DNA of 64,000 nt from Candidatus Omnitrophota bacterium (GCA_018812825.1 JAHJCJ010000069.1:3825-67824); one strand, 5' to 3'; numbered from the stretch's first letter, positions 17,803 through 29,222 are shown. The notes: generated by a model from the letters alone, not told the origin. Program-made: numbers and translations.

Positions 17803-18651
17803 CTATTGCCGCGCTTTAGCCGCCTCAACTAAATTACGCATTAACATTGTTACGGTTAAAGGCCCCACGCCTCCAGGGACAGGCGTAATGTAGCTTGCGC
17901 GTTTTTCAGCAGCCTCAAATTCTACATCACCCACGATTTTATCTGCGACTCTATTTATACCTACATCAATAACAACGGCTCCTTCTTTAATCCATTCGCC
18001 TTTAACGAGGCCGGCCTTGCCTACAGCTACAATCAAAATCTCAGCGCCCCTTACATGCTCTTCCAATTTTCCTGCTTTACTAGTTCCAATATGGCATACC
18101 GTAACTGTCGCAAATTTATCCAGCAATAAAAGCGCCAAAGGCTTACCCACTATTTCACTATGCCCCACAACTACAACCTCTTTGCCATATAAATCAATCC
18201 CGCCAGAATTGATCAGTTCCATTATCGAAGCCACAGTACATGGAATAAGTTTTGCCTTGCCGAATAAAATCTTTCCAATATTTTCCGGATGCATGCCTTC
18301 AATATCTTTCTCAGGAGCAATAAATTGGCTGATCTTTTTATAATCTATTGCCGCTGGAAGCGGCATCTGAATAATAATACCATCCACGGCCTTATCTACG
18401 TTAAGCTTAAGAATAAGATCTATCAAAACCTGTTCAGTAATATCCTTGTCCAGCTGGAACAGTTTATAAACTATGCTCAGATTCTCAGCGGCTTTAGCCT
18501 GAGACTTCACATAAGCAGCTGCAGCGGAATTATCTCCTACCAAAATACTGGCTAAAACCGGAGCTTGCTTTAAATCTTGTACCTGGTTCTTTATCTTTTT
18601 TTTAATTTCTTCAGCAACAGCTTTACCCTCTAATAATTTTGCCAACGCCAA
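17803..18651 (-). CDS. folD: Bifunctional methylene-THF dehydrogenase / methenyl-THF cyclohydrolase
   Basis: 282 aa with typical FolD motifs (ILVGDNSAAAAYV, IIQMPLP, VVVGHSEIVGKP). Confidence 0.9.
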   Translation of the reverse strand: MALAKLLEGKAVAEEIKKKIKNQVQDLKQAPVLASILVGDNSAAAAYVKSQAKAAENLSIVYKLFQLDKDITEQVLIDLILKLNVDKAVDGIIIQMPLPAAIDYKKISQFIAPEKDIEGMHPENIGKILFGKAKLIPCTVASIMELINSGGIDLYGKEVVVVGHSEIVGKPLALLLLDKFATVTVCHIGTSKAGKLEEHVRGAEILIVAVGKAGLVKGEWIKEGAVVIDVGINRVADKIVGDVEFEAAEKRASYITPVPGGVGPLTVTMLMRNLVEAAKARQ

Positions 18652-19186
18652 CCTCCATATTCTTACGAATCTTCTGAATAACCTTATTCCTCTGATCTAA
18701 CTCTTTATTTATTACTTTAGTTAGCTTCTCCTGACCCAGCCTCTTTAAATTAATCTCTACATTAAAACAAGCGGAAACAAAAGCTGACTCTAGAAAAACC
18801 GCCGCTACAGCAACATCGCTGATTAAATTGGTGTTACCTTTTTTTATTAATGGCGGGCATAATTTTGCTGCTTCGCAACAGAGCCTCGCCAACATCAACG
18901 GGACATCCAATGCCTTACGTATATCCTTGCTTCGATAGGCAACTACATCTAAATCCACCAGTCCCAGGAAATCTTTTTTTAATTTATCTGACTTTGTTAA
19001 AATTTCCTTTAACTCTGGCTCAAATGCAGTATATTTAGACTTACCCAAAGTAAAGTTAACCACCATGCTGATCAGGCTTGCTCCCATCGCCGCATTCAAT
19101 GCTGCGGCAGATCCTCCTCCGGGAGCAGCAAGCTTAGCGGAAAGATCATCCAGATATTTAGTTAGATTTTGATTTTTATATTCCAT
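18623..19186 (-). CDS. fchA: Methenyltetrahydrofolate cyclohydrolase (FchA / cyclodeaminase-type)
   Basis: 187 aa. The PGGGSAAALNAAMGASL motif belongs to the formiminotransferase-cyclodeaminase / FchA family. Overlaps folD by 29 bp. Confidence 0.75.
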   Translation of the reverse strand: MEYKNQNLTKYLDDLSAKLAAPGGGSAAALNAAMGASLISMVVNFTLGKSKYTAFEPELKEILTKSDKLKKDFLGLVDLDVVAYRSKDIRKALDVPLMLARLCCEAAKLCPPLIKKGNTNLISDVAVAAVFLESAFVSACFNVEINLKRLGQEKLTKVINKELDQRNKVIQKIRKNMEVGVGKIIRG

Positions 19187-19191
19187 AGCCT

Positions 19192-19572
19192 TTAAATGGT
19201 AAAATCAGAGCTTAATTCAAAAGCGTCTTTAATTAAATCAATTTCCGGTAAATCTTGCGCATACAAAAGCGACACTACATCAAAACGTGCCGAATGTTCT
19301 AAGAAATTATTTTCTTTTAAATAACAAATTGCAACTTTAGAAATCTGCCTTTGTTTCAGGGGAGAGACTGCTTCGCCAGGCCCTCCGAATAACTTTGAAT
19401 GCCGCGCCTTTACCTCCACAAAGCAAATAACGCCTTTATCTTCTGCGATTATATCTATTTCGCCAAACTTTGTTTTATAGTTACGCCTGATAATCTTATA
19501 ACCCTGAACCTTTAGGAATTTTACTGCTGCATCTTCAGCTTGTTTGCCAAATTCTAGGTTTTTTCCAGGCAC
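19192..19572 (-). CDS. yraN: YraN-family (UPF0102) endonuclease
   Basis: 126 aa. The motif GEIDIIAEDKGVICFVEVKAR is typical of YraN. Confidence 0.8.
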   Translation of the reverse strand: MPGKNLEFGKQAEDAAVKFLKVQGYKIIRRNYKTKFGEIDIIAEDKGVICFVEVKARHSKLFGGPGEAVSPLKQRQISKVAICYLKENNFLEHSARFDVVSLLYAQDLPEIDLIKDAFELSSDFTI

Positions 19573-20168
19573 TTTAAAAAACTTTTCCGGTGAATGGCCG
19601 ATGGTCCGATCCTTCTTAAAATCATGCGATGCTCGGCCGTAGGGTAACCCTTATGTTTATCAAAACCATAATCAGGATAAATCTTATGGTATTTTTCCAT
19701 AAGGCCATCTCTATACACTTTAGCCAAAATGGAAGAAGCAGCAATGCTTAAGGATTTTGCATCCCCCTTAACAATACTCTGATAAGGAAGAGCTAATTTA
19801 AATCGCATATTGCCGTCAATAAGTATGAATACGCGCTTTAGCTCACTAGGCCCTAGTTCCATGGCTAATCTAGATATCGCCCTTCGCATAGCTAAAATTG
19901 TAGCTTGCAGGATATTTATCCGATCAATCTGTTTATGACCTACTACTGCAATGGCGTACAAAGACTTGTTTTTTATTTCAAAGAACGCATTTCTTCTTTT
20001 TATGGGGCTTAATTTCTTGGAATCATCAATCCGGTTACTGAAACAAAAATCCTTTAACAGCACTGCCGCAGCTACTACCGGGCCGGCTAACGGCCCTCTA
20101 CCTGCCTCGTCTACACCAATAACTAAATCATAGCCTTTTTCTTTTAGTTTTCTTTCGTATCGCAGCAC
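19554..20168 (-). CDS. rnhB: Ribonuclease HII
   Basis: 204 aa. The N-terminal motif GVDEAGRGPLAGPVVAAAV is diagnostic. Confidence 0.9.
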   Translation of the reverse strand: MLRYERKLKEKGYDLVIGVDEAGRGPLAGPVVAAAVLLKDFCFSNRIDDSKKLSPIKRRNAFFEIKNKSLYAIAVVGHKQIDRINILQATILAMRRAISRLAMELGPSELKRVFILIDGNMRFKLALPYQSIVKGDAKSLSIAASSILAKVYRDGLMEKYHKIYPDYGFDKHKGYPTAEHRMILRRIGPSAIHRKSFLKCLEKT

Positions 20169-20524
20169 TAGTTTGCTTTTTCTTCTTTGCTCTCTATCTT
20201 AGTGGCATGTTTGCCAATTTTACTTCTTAAGTAATAAAGCTTGGCCCTTCTTACCTTTCCCGAACGGAGAATTTCAATACGCTCAATACTCGGAGAATAT
20301 AGCGGAAATACGCGCTCGATCCCCTCGCCGAACGAAACTTTTCTTACCGTAAAATTAAGTTTTATCCCCGAACCGCTTTTTGCAATTACCACGCCCTCGA
20401 ATGGATGTAAACGGAATTTATCCGCTCCTTCCGAGATCTTGGTAAGCACCTTCACCGTATCTCCGACATTAAACTGCGGCATCTCTTTCTTCGTAAACCC
20501 TGACTCAATTGTTTTAATATCCAT
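20168..20524 (-). CDS. rplS: 50S ribosomal protein L19
   Basis: 118 aa, L19 family by sequence and length. A Shine-Dalgarno sequence (aaaggagg) lies upstream. Confidence 0.95.
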   Translation of the reverse strand: MDIKTIESGFTKKEMPQFNVGDTVKVLTKISEGADKFRLHPFEGVVIAKSGSGIKLNFTVRKVSFGEGIERVFPLYSPSIERIEILRSGKVRRAKLYYLRSKIGKHATKIESKEEKAN

Positions 20525-20534
20525 TACTGCTGCC

Positions 20535-20627
20535 TCCTTTAAATGAGCGCTTAACTTACGAACACGATAGTGTGAGTAAGTTAATGCGCGAATTTGAGCA
20601 CCTTATGCTCTTGTTTAGCGAAATCCC
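20535..20627 (-). promoter_or_regulatory. Conserved structured 5' leader element (copy 1) upstream of rplS; the main hairpin lies at 20547..20589
   Basis: About 90 nt, roughly 90% identical to a second copy at 47188..47277 upstream of purA. Both copies sit at the same distance from the SD and start codon. The 17-bp stem carries compensatory substitutions between the two copies. Confidence 0.5.
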
Positions 20628-20683
20628 GCCGAATATGCCAAAATTATCGTAGAGAATTTTGGCATAGCCTCTGAGACGGGATC

Positions 20684-22479
<1,796 letters not shown>

Positions 22480-22504
22480 TTATCTTAACAGGTCCTGTCG
22501 AGGC

Positions 22505-22645
22505 TTGCCTCTCGCATCACCGCTTGCTCGCCCCAGCGTGGCTCGCTGCGCTCCGGCAAAAATTTCGCTCTGCCTAAACATGTATTATGGGCAACCGTGC
22601 CCGCTCAATTTTTGAGATGCTGCTCGAGTTCAAGCCTCGCCACCC
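22505..22645 (+). repeat. Left arm of an imperfect inverted repeat (about 140 bp) flanking the low-GC HEPN gene; contains the hairpin gggca-accg-tgccc
   Basis: The reverse complement of 23517..23665 aligns to this segment at roughly 70-75% identity. Shared blocks include caccgct, ccccagcg, gcgctctgcct, ggcaaccgtgcccgc and aacaagcc. Confidence 0.55.
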
Positions 22646-22808
22646 GTTAACAAAATTAGAACCCCCACCTTTATTTATTAGAATATACTGTTCTAAATCA
22701 ACAATTTATTATTGACTGCGAAACAGATATTTACGCCCTAGCTTATGGTCTATTGTGCCCAAAACGTACCCATTTTATTTCTATGACAGGGAACAATTAT
22801 AAAAACTT

Positions 22809-23405
22809 TTATTTAATAATATCGTTTTCCCGAATATACTCGTTTAACTTCCGTAAATGTTTATCTAAAAAAGTGTATTTATCTTTAAATGATCGCATAA
22901 AACTGTCATCGAATTTATCTTCTTTTTTTCGACCTTCGTAGTATTCTATATAAAAGGCTTCTCTATCACCATCATAAAATATAGAACCATGCGCTACTTT
23001 GTTTCTAATTAAAATAAGGTCATTTAGATCTTTCCTGACTTGCTTAAAAATGTCGGAAGAAATTACAGATAATTTATCTTTAAAAAAATCAGTGATATCG
23101 GATAGCAATTTTCTTTTCAGCATAAAATTAAAGAATTCTTTCTCCAGAATTAGTCCTTTAAACCAGCCATGCCTCTTGTAATCTTTCCCAAAAAATAAAT
23201 GACATACGCATATGTTGAGGGAATTTTCTAAATCAAGAGAGTCTGCAATAATTATGCTTCTACGATTATTTAATTTATTATAGTCCTCTAAAATCTTTTT
23301 AATATTCTTCGAACACTTTTCATTGGAGTTATGTATTATTACCCCTCCCACATTGTATTCTGATACCGTTTTTGCAGATACAGCAGATCTATTATTTTTC
23401 TTCAT
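22809..23405 (-). CDS. HEPN-domain protein, Abi-like (candidate abortive-infection / RNase-toxin type)
   Basis: 198 aa, Lys- and Asn-rich, low GC. The C-terminal Rx4H motif (IRNKVAHGS) is the HEPN signature seen in the Abi_2/AbiD-F-like families. It has its own SD (aaaggtgag). No cognate MNT or antitoxin ORF is apparent. Confidence 0.5.
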   Translation of the reverse strand: MKKNNRSAVSAKTVSEYNVGGVIIHNSNEKCSKNIKKILEDYNKLNNRRSIIIADSLDLENSLNICVCHLFFGKDYKRHGWFKGLILEKEFFNFMLKRKLLSDITDFFKDKLSVISSDIFKQVRKDLNDLILIRNKVAHGSIFYDGDREAFYIEYYEGRKKEDKFDDSFMRSFKDKYTFLDKHLRKLNEYIRENDIIK

Positions 23406-23516
23406 CGTATACTCACCTTTCTAATTGGAACTAATGAAGTTACTTTGGTGATACATGTATTTCTTAATTAGAGCACCTTGCCCTACGCCTGTTGAATGTA
23501 CTATTCAGCGGATGAC

Positions 23517-23665
23517 TTGGCTTGTTCCGGAGCGCACGTGAGAATTTTGCGCGGGCACGGTTGCCCCGCTAAAAACATCAGGCAGAGCGCAAAATTCTGG
23601 CCGAGCGAAGATTTTCCTCGCTGGGGAAAATCGAGCGGTGCGCGGAGGAACAAGACAAGGCAGAC
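23517..23665 (+). repeat. Right arm of the imperfect inverted repeat flanking the HEPN gene; contains the hairpin gggca-cggt-tgccc
   Basis: See the left arm. It ends 1-2 bp before the queA stop codon. Confidence 0.55.
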
Positions 23666-23666
23666 G

Positions 23667-24659
23667 CTAAATAATCAGCATTGCGTCGCCATAACTGTAA
23701 AATCTATATTTTTTCTCAACTGCTTCCTGATAAGCCTGCTTCATCAGCTTCTCGCCGCCAAAAGCGCAGGCCAGCATAAAAAGCGTAGTCATCGGTAAAT
23801 GAAAGTTAGTTAACAGGCAATCGGTTAATTTAAACTTATACCCTGGATATATAAATAAATCTGTGTTGCCTTCTTTCCGGCCATCAGCATAAGTCTCCAG
23901 CGTCCTTAAAGCAGTCGTACCAACAGCAATAATCCGTCTTTTATCAACTTTAGCCTGTTTAAGTTTAGCAATGGTTTCATCAGGCACTAAAAAATACTCC
24001 GGCTCCATCTTATGTTCGGCAATGTTTTCGCATCTTACCGGCCTAAACGTCCCTAATCCAACATGCAAAGTTACATAAACCAGCTTAATGCCTTTGGAGC
24101 AAATGTCTTCAAGCAACTTTTCAGTAAAATGCAGCCCGGCAGTCGGCGAGGCAAGCGCGCCTTCATTTTTTGCGTAAACCGTCTGATAATAAACTTTATC
24201 TGAATCAACGGACGGGCGTTTTATGTAAGGCGGCAAAGGTACAACGCCATAACTGTAAATTATATCCGCATCAGGTTGTTTAAAGCTGATTTGCCCCCGG
24301 GCGCTCAAAACCCCGACGACATTTCCGCCGGCGAAAATAACCTTTTCGCCGATCTTCGTCCGGCTGGGCTGAACCAGACAGGAGAATGTTGCGCCGTTTA
24401 AACGCCGGGTCAGCAGAATCTCAACCCTGCCCCCGGTAGTTTTATTACCCATTAAACGACAATGCAGAACCTTGGTATCATTAAGAACTAGTAAGTCATT
24501 TTCTTTAAAAAAATTACCGATATCTTTAAATACGCCGTGGGAGATATTACAGGTTTGCCGATTTACAACCAAGAGCCTGGCCTCTTCTCTATTTTCCAAA
24601 GGATACTGAGCAACCAACTCTTTAGGAAGCGGATAATCAAATCCGGAGAGTCTAAGCAT
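23667..24659 (-). CDS. queA: S-adenosylmethionine:tRNA ribosyltransferase-isomerase
   Basis: 330 aa. The N-terminal motif FDYPLPKELVAQYPLENREEARLLVV and the length match QueA. Confidence 0.9.
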   Translation of the reverse strand: MLRLSGFDYPLPKELVAQYPLENREEARLLVVNRQTCNISHGVFKDIGNFFKENDLLVLNDTKVLHCRLMGNKTTGGRVEILLTRRLNGATFSCLVQPSRTKIGEKVIFAGGNVVGVLSARGQISFKQPDADIIYSYGVVPLPPYIKRPSVDSDKVYYQTVYAKNEGALASPTAGLHFTEKLLEDICSKGIKLVYVTLHVGLGTFRPVRCENIAEHKMEPEYFLVPDETIAKLKQAKVDKRRIIAVGTTALRTLETYADGRKEGNTDLFIYPGYKFKLTDCLLTNFHLPMTTLFMLACAFGGEKLMKQAYQEAVEKKYRFYSYGDAMLII

Positions 24660-24704
24660 TACTGATATAAAGGCTGGGTAAAATTAGAATTCAAGATACG
24701 CTTT

Positions 24705-25883
24705 TTAATTCAGATAACCGATTATCTGGTCGGTTAAATCATCAATCGAGAAAAAGACTATGCCGTCAGGAGCAAAATCAGCAATCATGCGGTATTGATT
24801 AAAGAACAGGTCCGGGCTATTTTTCATTAAAAATAGGCCTATACCGATATATACCTTTCCTTTACCGCGGTGGCCCAGGCTGGATTTAACTATCTCTTTT
24901 GCGAATTGATTATCTTTAGTATAAGACATTAATACAACATAGTCTATTATACCTTCCTCCAGCCAGGCTGACCAATCTTGGAAGGCATTGGCATATGCGC
25001 GTTCGGTTAGCGGTATAACCGCGCAGGAGACTACCAAATCCGCGGATTTAACCTTAACTAAATTTGAAATTTTACGCACTAAATCCGTTACCTGCTGACG
25101 CTTCCAATTGTCCCAAGCCAAATACTCATCTTCATTATTCAGTGTATCCAAAGGATTAAGCCCAGTCTTATCTTTAAAGCGTTCCACATTCTTCGGCCCA
25201 TAACCATAAGTTAAACCAAATTTCTTGAATCTTGATCCTGGGACAAACGGCACAGGCGACGGATAACGGATATAATCTAAGTGCACCCCGCTGATCAGCG
25301 GATAGCGGTTGATAATTTCATTTATAATCGTTAAGATATACTCCTCTATCCTGGGATCTCCGGGCTCTAAAAATATCTGATCCTCCCTTAGATAATACTT
25401 GTCCAATTCCGTGATAGACTCAGTCTTTGATCCCCTTTGATATTGGTCCAAGGTTAAAATAGAACTGCCGTATTTCTTTAGAATACCCGCTTTGTCATTC
25501 TTGCCTAAACTCAAAATGTTTACCCATGCAAAGACCTTGATATTATTCTCCTGAGCCTCTCTGAGCAATAAATCTAAGGTATCCATTCCTGCTGCCTTGA
25601 CCATAGCGTCATACTTAGTTTTATCGCAAATCTTAGAATCATAATAGGCATTTCCTGACTGAAAAAATTGCAGGTAAATCTCATTTATCTTTGCCTTCTT
25701 GCACAAGGCAATCAAGTTATTTACTCCATCCTTTGTATAAAGAACTTTTCTGTTTGAGAATACCGAAACCCAGATTCCCCGCGCCGGGCATGCATTAACC
25801 AAGGCTTCTTTATTTTGAGCAAAAACCAAACTTAAACTAAACAAATAACCTGCCAACAATAAGACTAATATTTTCTTTTTCAT
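24705..25883 (-). CDS. Secreted glycoside-hydrolase-like family 10 (GHL10 / DUF4015-type TIM barrel) protein
   Basis: 392 aa with an N-terminal signal peptide. The TIM-barrel-like motifs (GVHLDYIRYP, VVLMSY) resemble the YngK/GHL10 family. Family assignment is from memory only. Confidence 0.5.
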   Translation of the reverse strand: MKKKILVLLLAGYLFSLSLVFAQNKEALVNACPARGIWVSVFSNRKVLYTKDGVNNLIALCKKAKINEIYLQFFQSGNAYYDSKICDKTKYDAMVKAAGMDTLDLLLREAQENNIKVFAWVNILSLGKNDKAGILKKYGSSILTLDQYQRGSKTESITELDKYYLREDQIFLEPGDPRIEEYILTIINEIINRYPLISGVHLDYIRYPSPVPFVPGSRFKKFGLTYGYGPKNVERFKDKTGLNPLDTLNNEDEYLAWDNWKRQQVTDLVRKISNLVKVKSADLVVSCAVIPLTERAYANAFQDWSAWLEEGIIDYVVLMSYTKDNQFAKEIVKSSLGHRGKGKVYIGIGLFLMKNSPDLFFNQYRMIADFAPDGIVFFSIDDLTDQIIGYLN

Positions 25884-26422
25884 TTTTCTATTTTCATAGT
25901 ATACCGTTCGAGCTTAGAATAATTACACCCGCAATATTTTTGACAATAGATCCCCTTGTTTCTAGCCTCTTCATGAGCCTGCTTAAACCCAACACGAAAA
26001 TCTTCGTAATAAAAATCTATCCCTGATTCCTTAGCAACCTGAATGCCTAATTGCTTAAGTAATTCCTGATTCTGATATGGACTGACTAACAAGGTTGAGC
26101 TGAATGTGTTAAAGCCATTTTCTTTGGCATAAAGAGCTGTCTTCTGCAGACGCAATCTCCAACAGCTTACGCAGCGCTCTGGCGCTTCATTATTAGCATT
26201 GATTGCCTGAGAAAATTCAGATGGCAGATACTCAGGACACCTCACTTCAAATTGCAGGTCCTTACTTAAAACCATAACTGCCTCTTGGCGCCTGCTATAT
26301 TCACTAATAGGACAAATGTTAGGATTATAATAAAATCCTTTTACCTCAAAACCTTGATCATTTAGCCTTTTTAAAGGATAAATCAGGCATGGACCGCAGC
26401 AGATATGCAGTAGGATTTTCAT
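25880..26422 (-). CDS. queH: Epoxyqueuosine reductase QueH (DUF208)
   Basis: 180 aa with the N-terminal HICCGPC motif and conserved cysteines. Sits in a queuosine gene context. Confidence 0.85.
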   Translation of the reverse strand: MKILLHICCGPCLIYPLKRLNDQGFEVKGFYYNPNICPISEYSRRQEAVMVLSKDLQFEVRCPEYLPSEFSQAINANNEAPERCVSCWRLRLQKTALYAKENGFNTFSSTLLVSPYQNQELLKQLGIQVAKESGIDFYYEDFRVGFKQAHEEARNKGIYCQKYCGCNYSKLERYTMKIEK

Positions 26423-26433
26423 TGCGAAAACAA

Positions 26434-27504
26434 CTAAAAAATCTCTTCCTGATGCTCTTTATTAAACCCAAAGTTCGGGTCCAACTTTAAACCAAAATGT
26501 TCAAATGCCTTCCTCGTAACTAATCTGCCCCGGGCAGTGCGTTTTAAATACCCTGCCTTTAAAAGATATGGCTCAACTGTATCGGCGATAGTATCCACTT
26601 CTTCATTTAAACTGGCCGCCAGAGACTCAATCCCCACCGGCCCTCCGCCAAACGACTCAAGAATAAGTTTTAAGACTTTACGGTCTAAATCATCGAAACC
26701 CGCCTGGTCTATACCTAATTCATTAAGGATTTTTGAGGCTGACAGCTGATCCACTTGCTTAATCTTAAGCACCTGGGCATAGTCGCGTACCCGGCGCAAA
26801 AGACGGTTAGCAATACGCGGAGTCCCTCTGGCGCGCCGGGCAATCTCCAAACAAGCATCTTCATCAATTTGCACTGCCAATAACGCGCTTGAGTTCTTTA
26901 TAATCTTAGCTAACTCTTCTATTTTATAGAAATCAAGGCTGTAAAATATACCAAACCTTCCTCTAAGCGGAGCAGCCAAAAGCCCTGTGCGCGTAGTCGC
27001 GCCGATTAAAGTAAAAGGCTTGAGATTAAACTTGATAGTCTTAGCGTATGGGCCCTTATCAATCACAAAATCAATCTGGAAACTTTCCATCGCCGGATAC
27101 AAAAACTCCTCAACTACCTTGGACATGCGGTGTATTTCATCAATAAAGAGGATATCTCCAACTTCTAGGTTAGTCAGAATTCCAATTAGGTCTCCGGCGC
27201 GCTCAATAGCCGGACCACTAGTAGCAGTAATCTTAGCGCCCATTTCATGCGAAATAATATGCGCCAAAGAAGTCTTGCCCAACCCCGGAGGTCCGCTCAA
27301 AAGTACATGCTCTAACGGCTCTTTCCTCTGCTTGGTTGCTTGTATCGCTATTTTTAAGTTATCCACGATATCTTTATGGCCGACAAACTCGGTAAATTTC
27401 TTTGGCCTAAGGGATATGTTTAAAACTACATCCTCTTCGGATTCCTTAATATCAGCAATAATTGAATTAGCCTTAAGCAGTGTCCGCCTGGTCTCTTCGC
27501 TCAT
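26434..27504 (-). CDS. ruvB: Holliday junction branch-migration helicase
   Basis: 356 aa. Walker A motif LSGPPGLGKTSLAHII within a RuvB AAA+ architecture. Confidence 0.95.
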   Translation of the reverse strand: MSEETRRTLLKANSIIADIKESEEDVVLNISLRPKKFTEFVGHKDIVDNLKIAIQATKQRKEPLEHVLLSGPPGLGKTSLAHIISHEMGAKITATSGPAIERAGDLIGILTNLEVGDILFIDEIHRMSKVVEEFLYPAMESFQIDFVIDKGPYAKTIKFNLKPFTLIGATTRTGLLAAPLRGRFGIFYSLDFYKIEELAKIIKNSSALLAVQIDEDACLEIARRARGTPRIANRLLRRVRDYAQVLKIKQVDQLSASKILNELGIDQAGFDDLDRKVLKLILESFGGGPVGIESLAASLNEEVDTIADTVEPYLLKAGYLKRTARGRLVTRKAFEHFGLKLDPNFGFNKEHQEEIF

Positions 27505-28240
27505 AAGGTATGATATTTTCTTTATTCCTTGATATAATTATATCTTCAAATGCCGCATCCTGGTGAGTAATGATTTCTCTCATTTTTGCCAACTCCAATA
27601 TTGCCAGGAAGATTACGATTATTTCCATTTTATCTTTTGACTTATTAAACAACTCTGAAAGTTTAACCTTTGCCTGGATTAACAACAAGTGCAGGATATC
27701 ATGCACCTTCTGCTCAACGGTAAACTGATCTTTAATTACCTCATAAAAAACTTCTCTTGGGACATCTTTTAAGGCCTGAGAAAAAGCATTGATTAAATCA
27801 AATATGCTGGCTTCAAAATACACTTCCTCTTCCTTGGACTGCGCCTGGACGTCCAAAGGCACCTCTGTCTTTTGCCGCTTAAAAACATCTTGCTGGCTGA
27901 GCTCCCTTTCTCTTAAGTTCTCTGCGATCTGTTTAAATTTCTCATACTCCAGGAGCCTTTTTATCAGTTCGGCGCGCGGATCCTCCTGTTCTTCTTCCAC
28001 CGGTGTCTCGCTTGCCGGAAGCAGCATCTTTGATTTTATCTGCATAAGGGTAGCTGCCATCACTAGAAAATCTCCTACGATGTCCAGATCCAAAAGTTGC
28101 ATAAAATTAATATATTCCAAATACTGCTGGGTAACTTTGGCAATAGGAATATCGTAAATATTAAGATGGTCTTTTTTTACTAGGTACAACAACAGGTCTA
28201 GCGGCCCTTCAAACATCTCTAAGTGTATTTTATAATTCAT
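27473..28240 (-). CDS. scpA: Segregation and condensation protein A
   Basis: 255 aa. The N-terminal motif FEGPLDLLLYLVKKDHLNIYDIPIAKVTQQY is typical of ScpA. Confidence 0.85.
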   Translation of the reverse strand: MNYKIHLEMFEGPLDLLLYLVKKDHLNIYDIPIAKVTQQYLEYINFMQLLDLDIVGDFLVMAATLMQIKSKMLLPASETPVEEEQEDPRAELIKRLLEYEKFKQIAENLRERELSQQDVFKRQKTEVPLDVQAQSKEEEVYFEASIFDLINAFSQALKDVPREVFYEVIKDQFTVEQKVHDILHLLLIQAKVKLSELFNKSKDKMEIIVIFLAILELAKMREIITHQDAAFEDIIISRNKENIIPYERRDQADTA

Positions 28241-28241
28241 T

Positions 28242-29222
28242 TTATAATTTAAGTAAACTCCTTACTTCGGAGATAGTTTTTTTGGCAAAGCTTGATGCCT
28301 TTAACCTGCCTGCAGACAGAATATCCTGGATATGTTTTTTATCTTTCAGCAATACCCGCCTTTTTTCCTGGATAGGAGCCAATAAACCAATTATTTTATC
28401 TGCAAATTCCTTTTTACAAACGGTGCAACCGATTAATGATTTAACGCAACGATGCTCTGCCTCTTGCTTCAGCTCCGGGAAAAATATAGCATAATAACTA
28501 AAGACATTGCATTTATGCGGATGGCCCGGATCGCTTAAACGTATACGCTGCGCATCAGTAATCATATTTTGTACTTTTTTGCGGATTATTTCTGGTTCTT
28601 CGGATAACCCAATATAATTATCATAGCTTTTGCTCATCTTGCGGCCATCTAATCCCAAAAGACGGGTAGTTTCGGTAAGCAAGGCCTTTGGTTCGGGGAA
28701 ACAATCTGTCTTATAAAGATGGTTGAATTTACGCACGATCTGACGGGTTAATTCCAAATGCGGCAACTGGTCCTCTCCTACTGGCACAGCATCAGCCTTA
28801 TAAAGCAAGATATCCGCAGCCTGTAAAACCGGATAACCCAAAAAAGCATAGGTGCTTAAATCCCGGTTAGTTAACTCACGTAACTGTTCTTTATAGGTAG
28901 GACAACGTTCCAGCAACCCAAGCGGAGTAACCAAGGAAAGGATAAAATAAAGCTCGAGGTGTTCCGGTACCTGCGACTGGACAAAAATTGTGGATTTCCC
29001 GGGATCTATGCCGCAAGAAAGCCAATCAATAATATTATCCAACATGTTTGCCTTAAGGTTTCCCGAATTTTCATACTCTGACATAAGCGCATGCCAATCC
29101 GCGACCATAAAGAAACAATCATATTCATTTTGAAGCTTTGTCCAGTTGGCTAATGCGCCAACCAGATGGCCTAGGTGTAACTTGCCCGTAGGCCGCATCC
29201 CGCTTAATATTATTTTTTTCAT
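28242..29222 (-). CDS. trpS: Tryptophan--tRNA ligase
   Basis: 326 aa with the class I motifs GKLHLGHLVG (HIGH) and KMSKS. Confidence 0.9.
   Translation of the reverse strand: MKKIILSGMRPTGKLHLGHLVGALANWTKLQNEYDCFFMVADWHALMSEYENSGNLKANMLDNIIDWLSCGIDPGKSTIFVQSQVPEHLELYFILSLVTPLGLLERCPTYKEQLRELTNRDLSTYAFLGYPVLQAADILLYKADAVPVGEDQLPHLELTRQIVRKFNHLYKTDCFPEPKALLTETTRLLGLDGRKMSKSYDNYIGLSEEPEIIRKKVQNMITDAQRIRLSDPGHPHKCNVFSYYAIFFPELKQEAEHRCVKSLIGCTVCKKEFADKIIGLLAPIQEKRRVLLKDKKHIQDILSAGRLKASSFAKKTISEVRSLLKL

Noticed and set aside
22627-22641. tRNA-like T-arm (cgag-ttcaagc-ctcg) inside the left repeat arm
   Set aside because: No acceptor stem, anticodon arm or CCA context can be built around it. It belongs to the repeat, which has a diverged copy on the other side. 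No tRNA, rRNA or CRISPR array was found anywhere in the window.
23496-23798. 100-aa plus-strand ORF spanning the right inverted-repeat arm and the queA 3' end
   Set aside because: It overlaps queA in antisense and runs through the GC-rich repeat arm, which explains the lack of stops. No start context is present.
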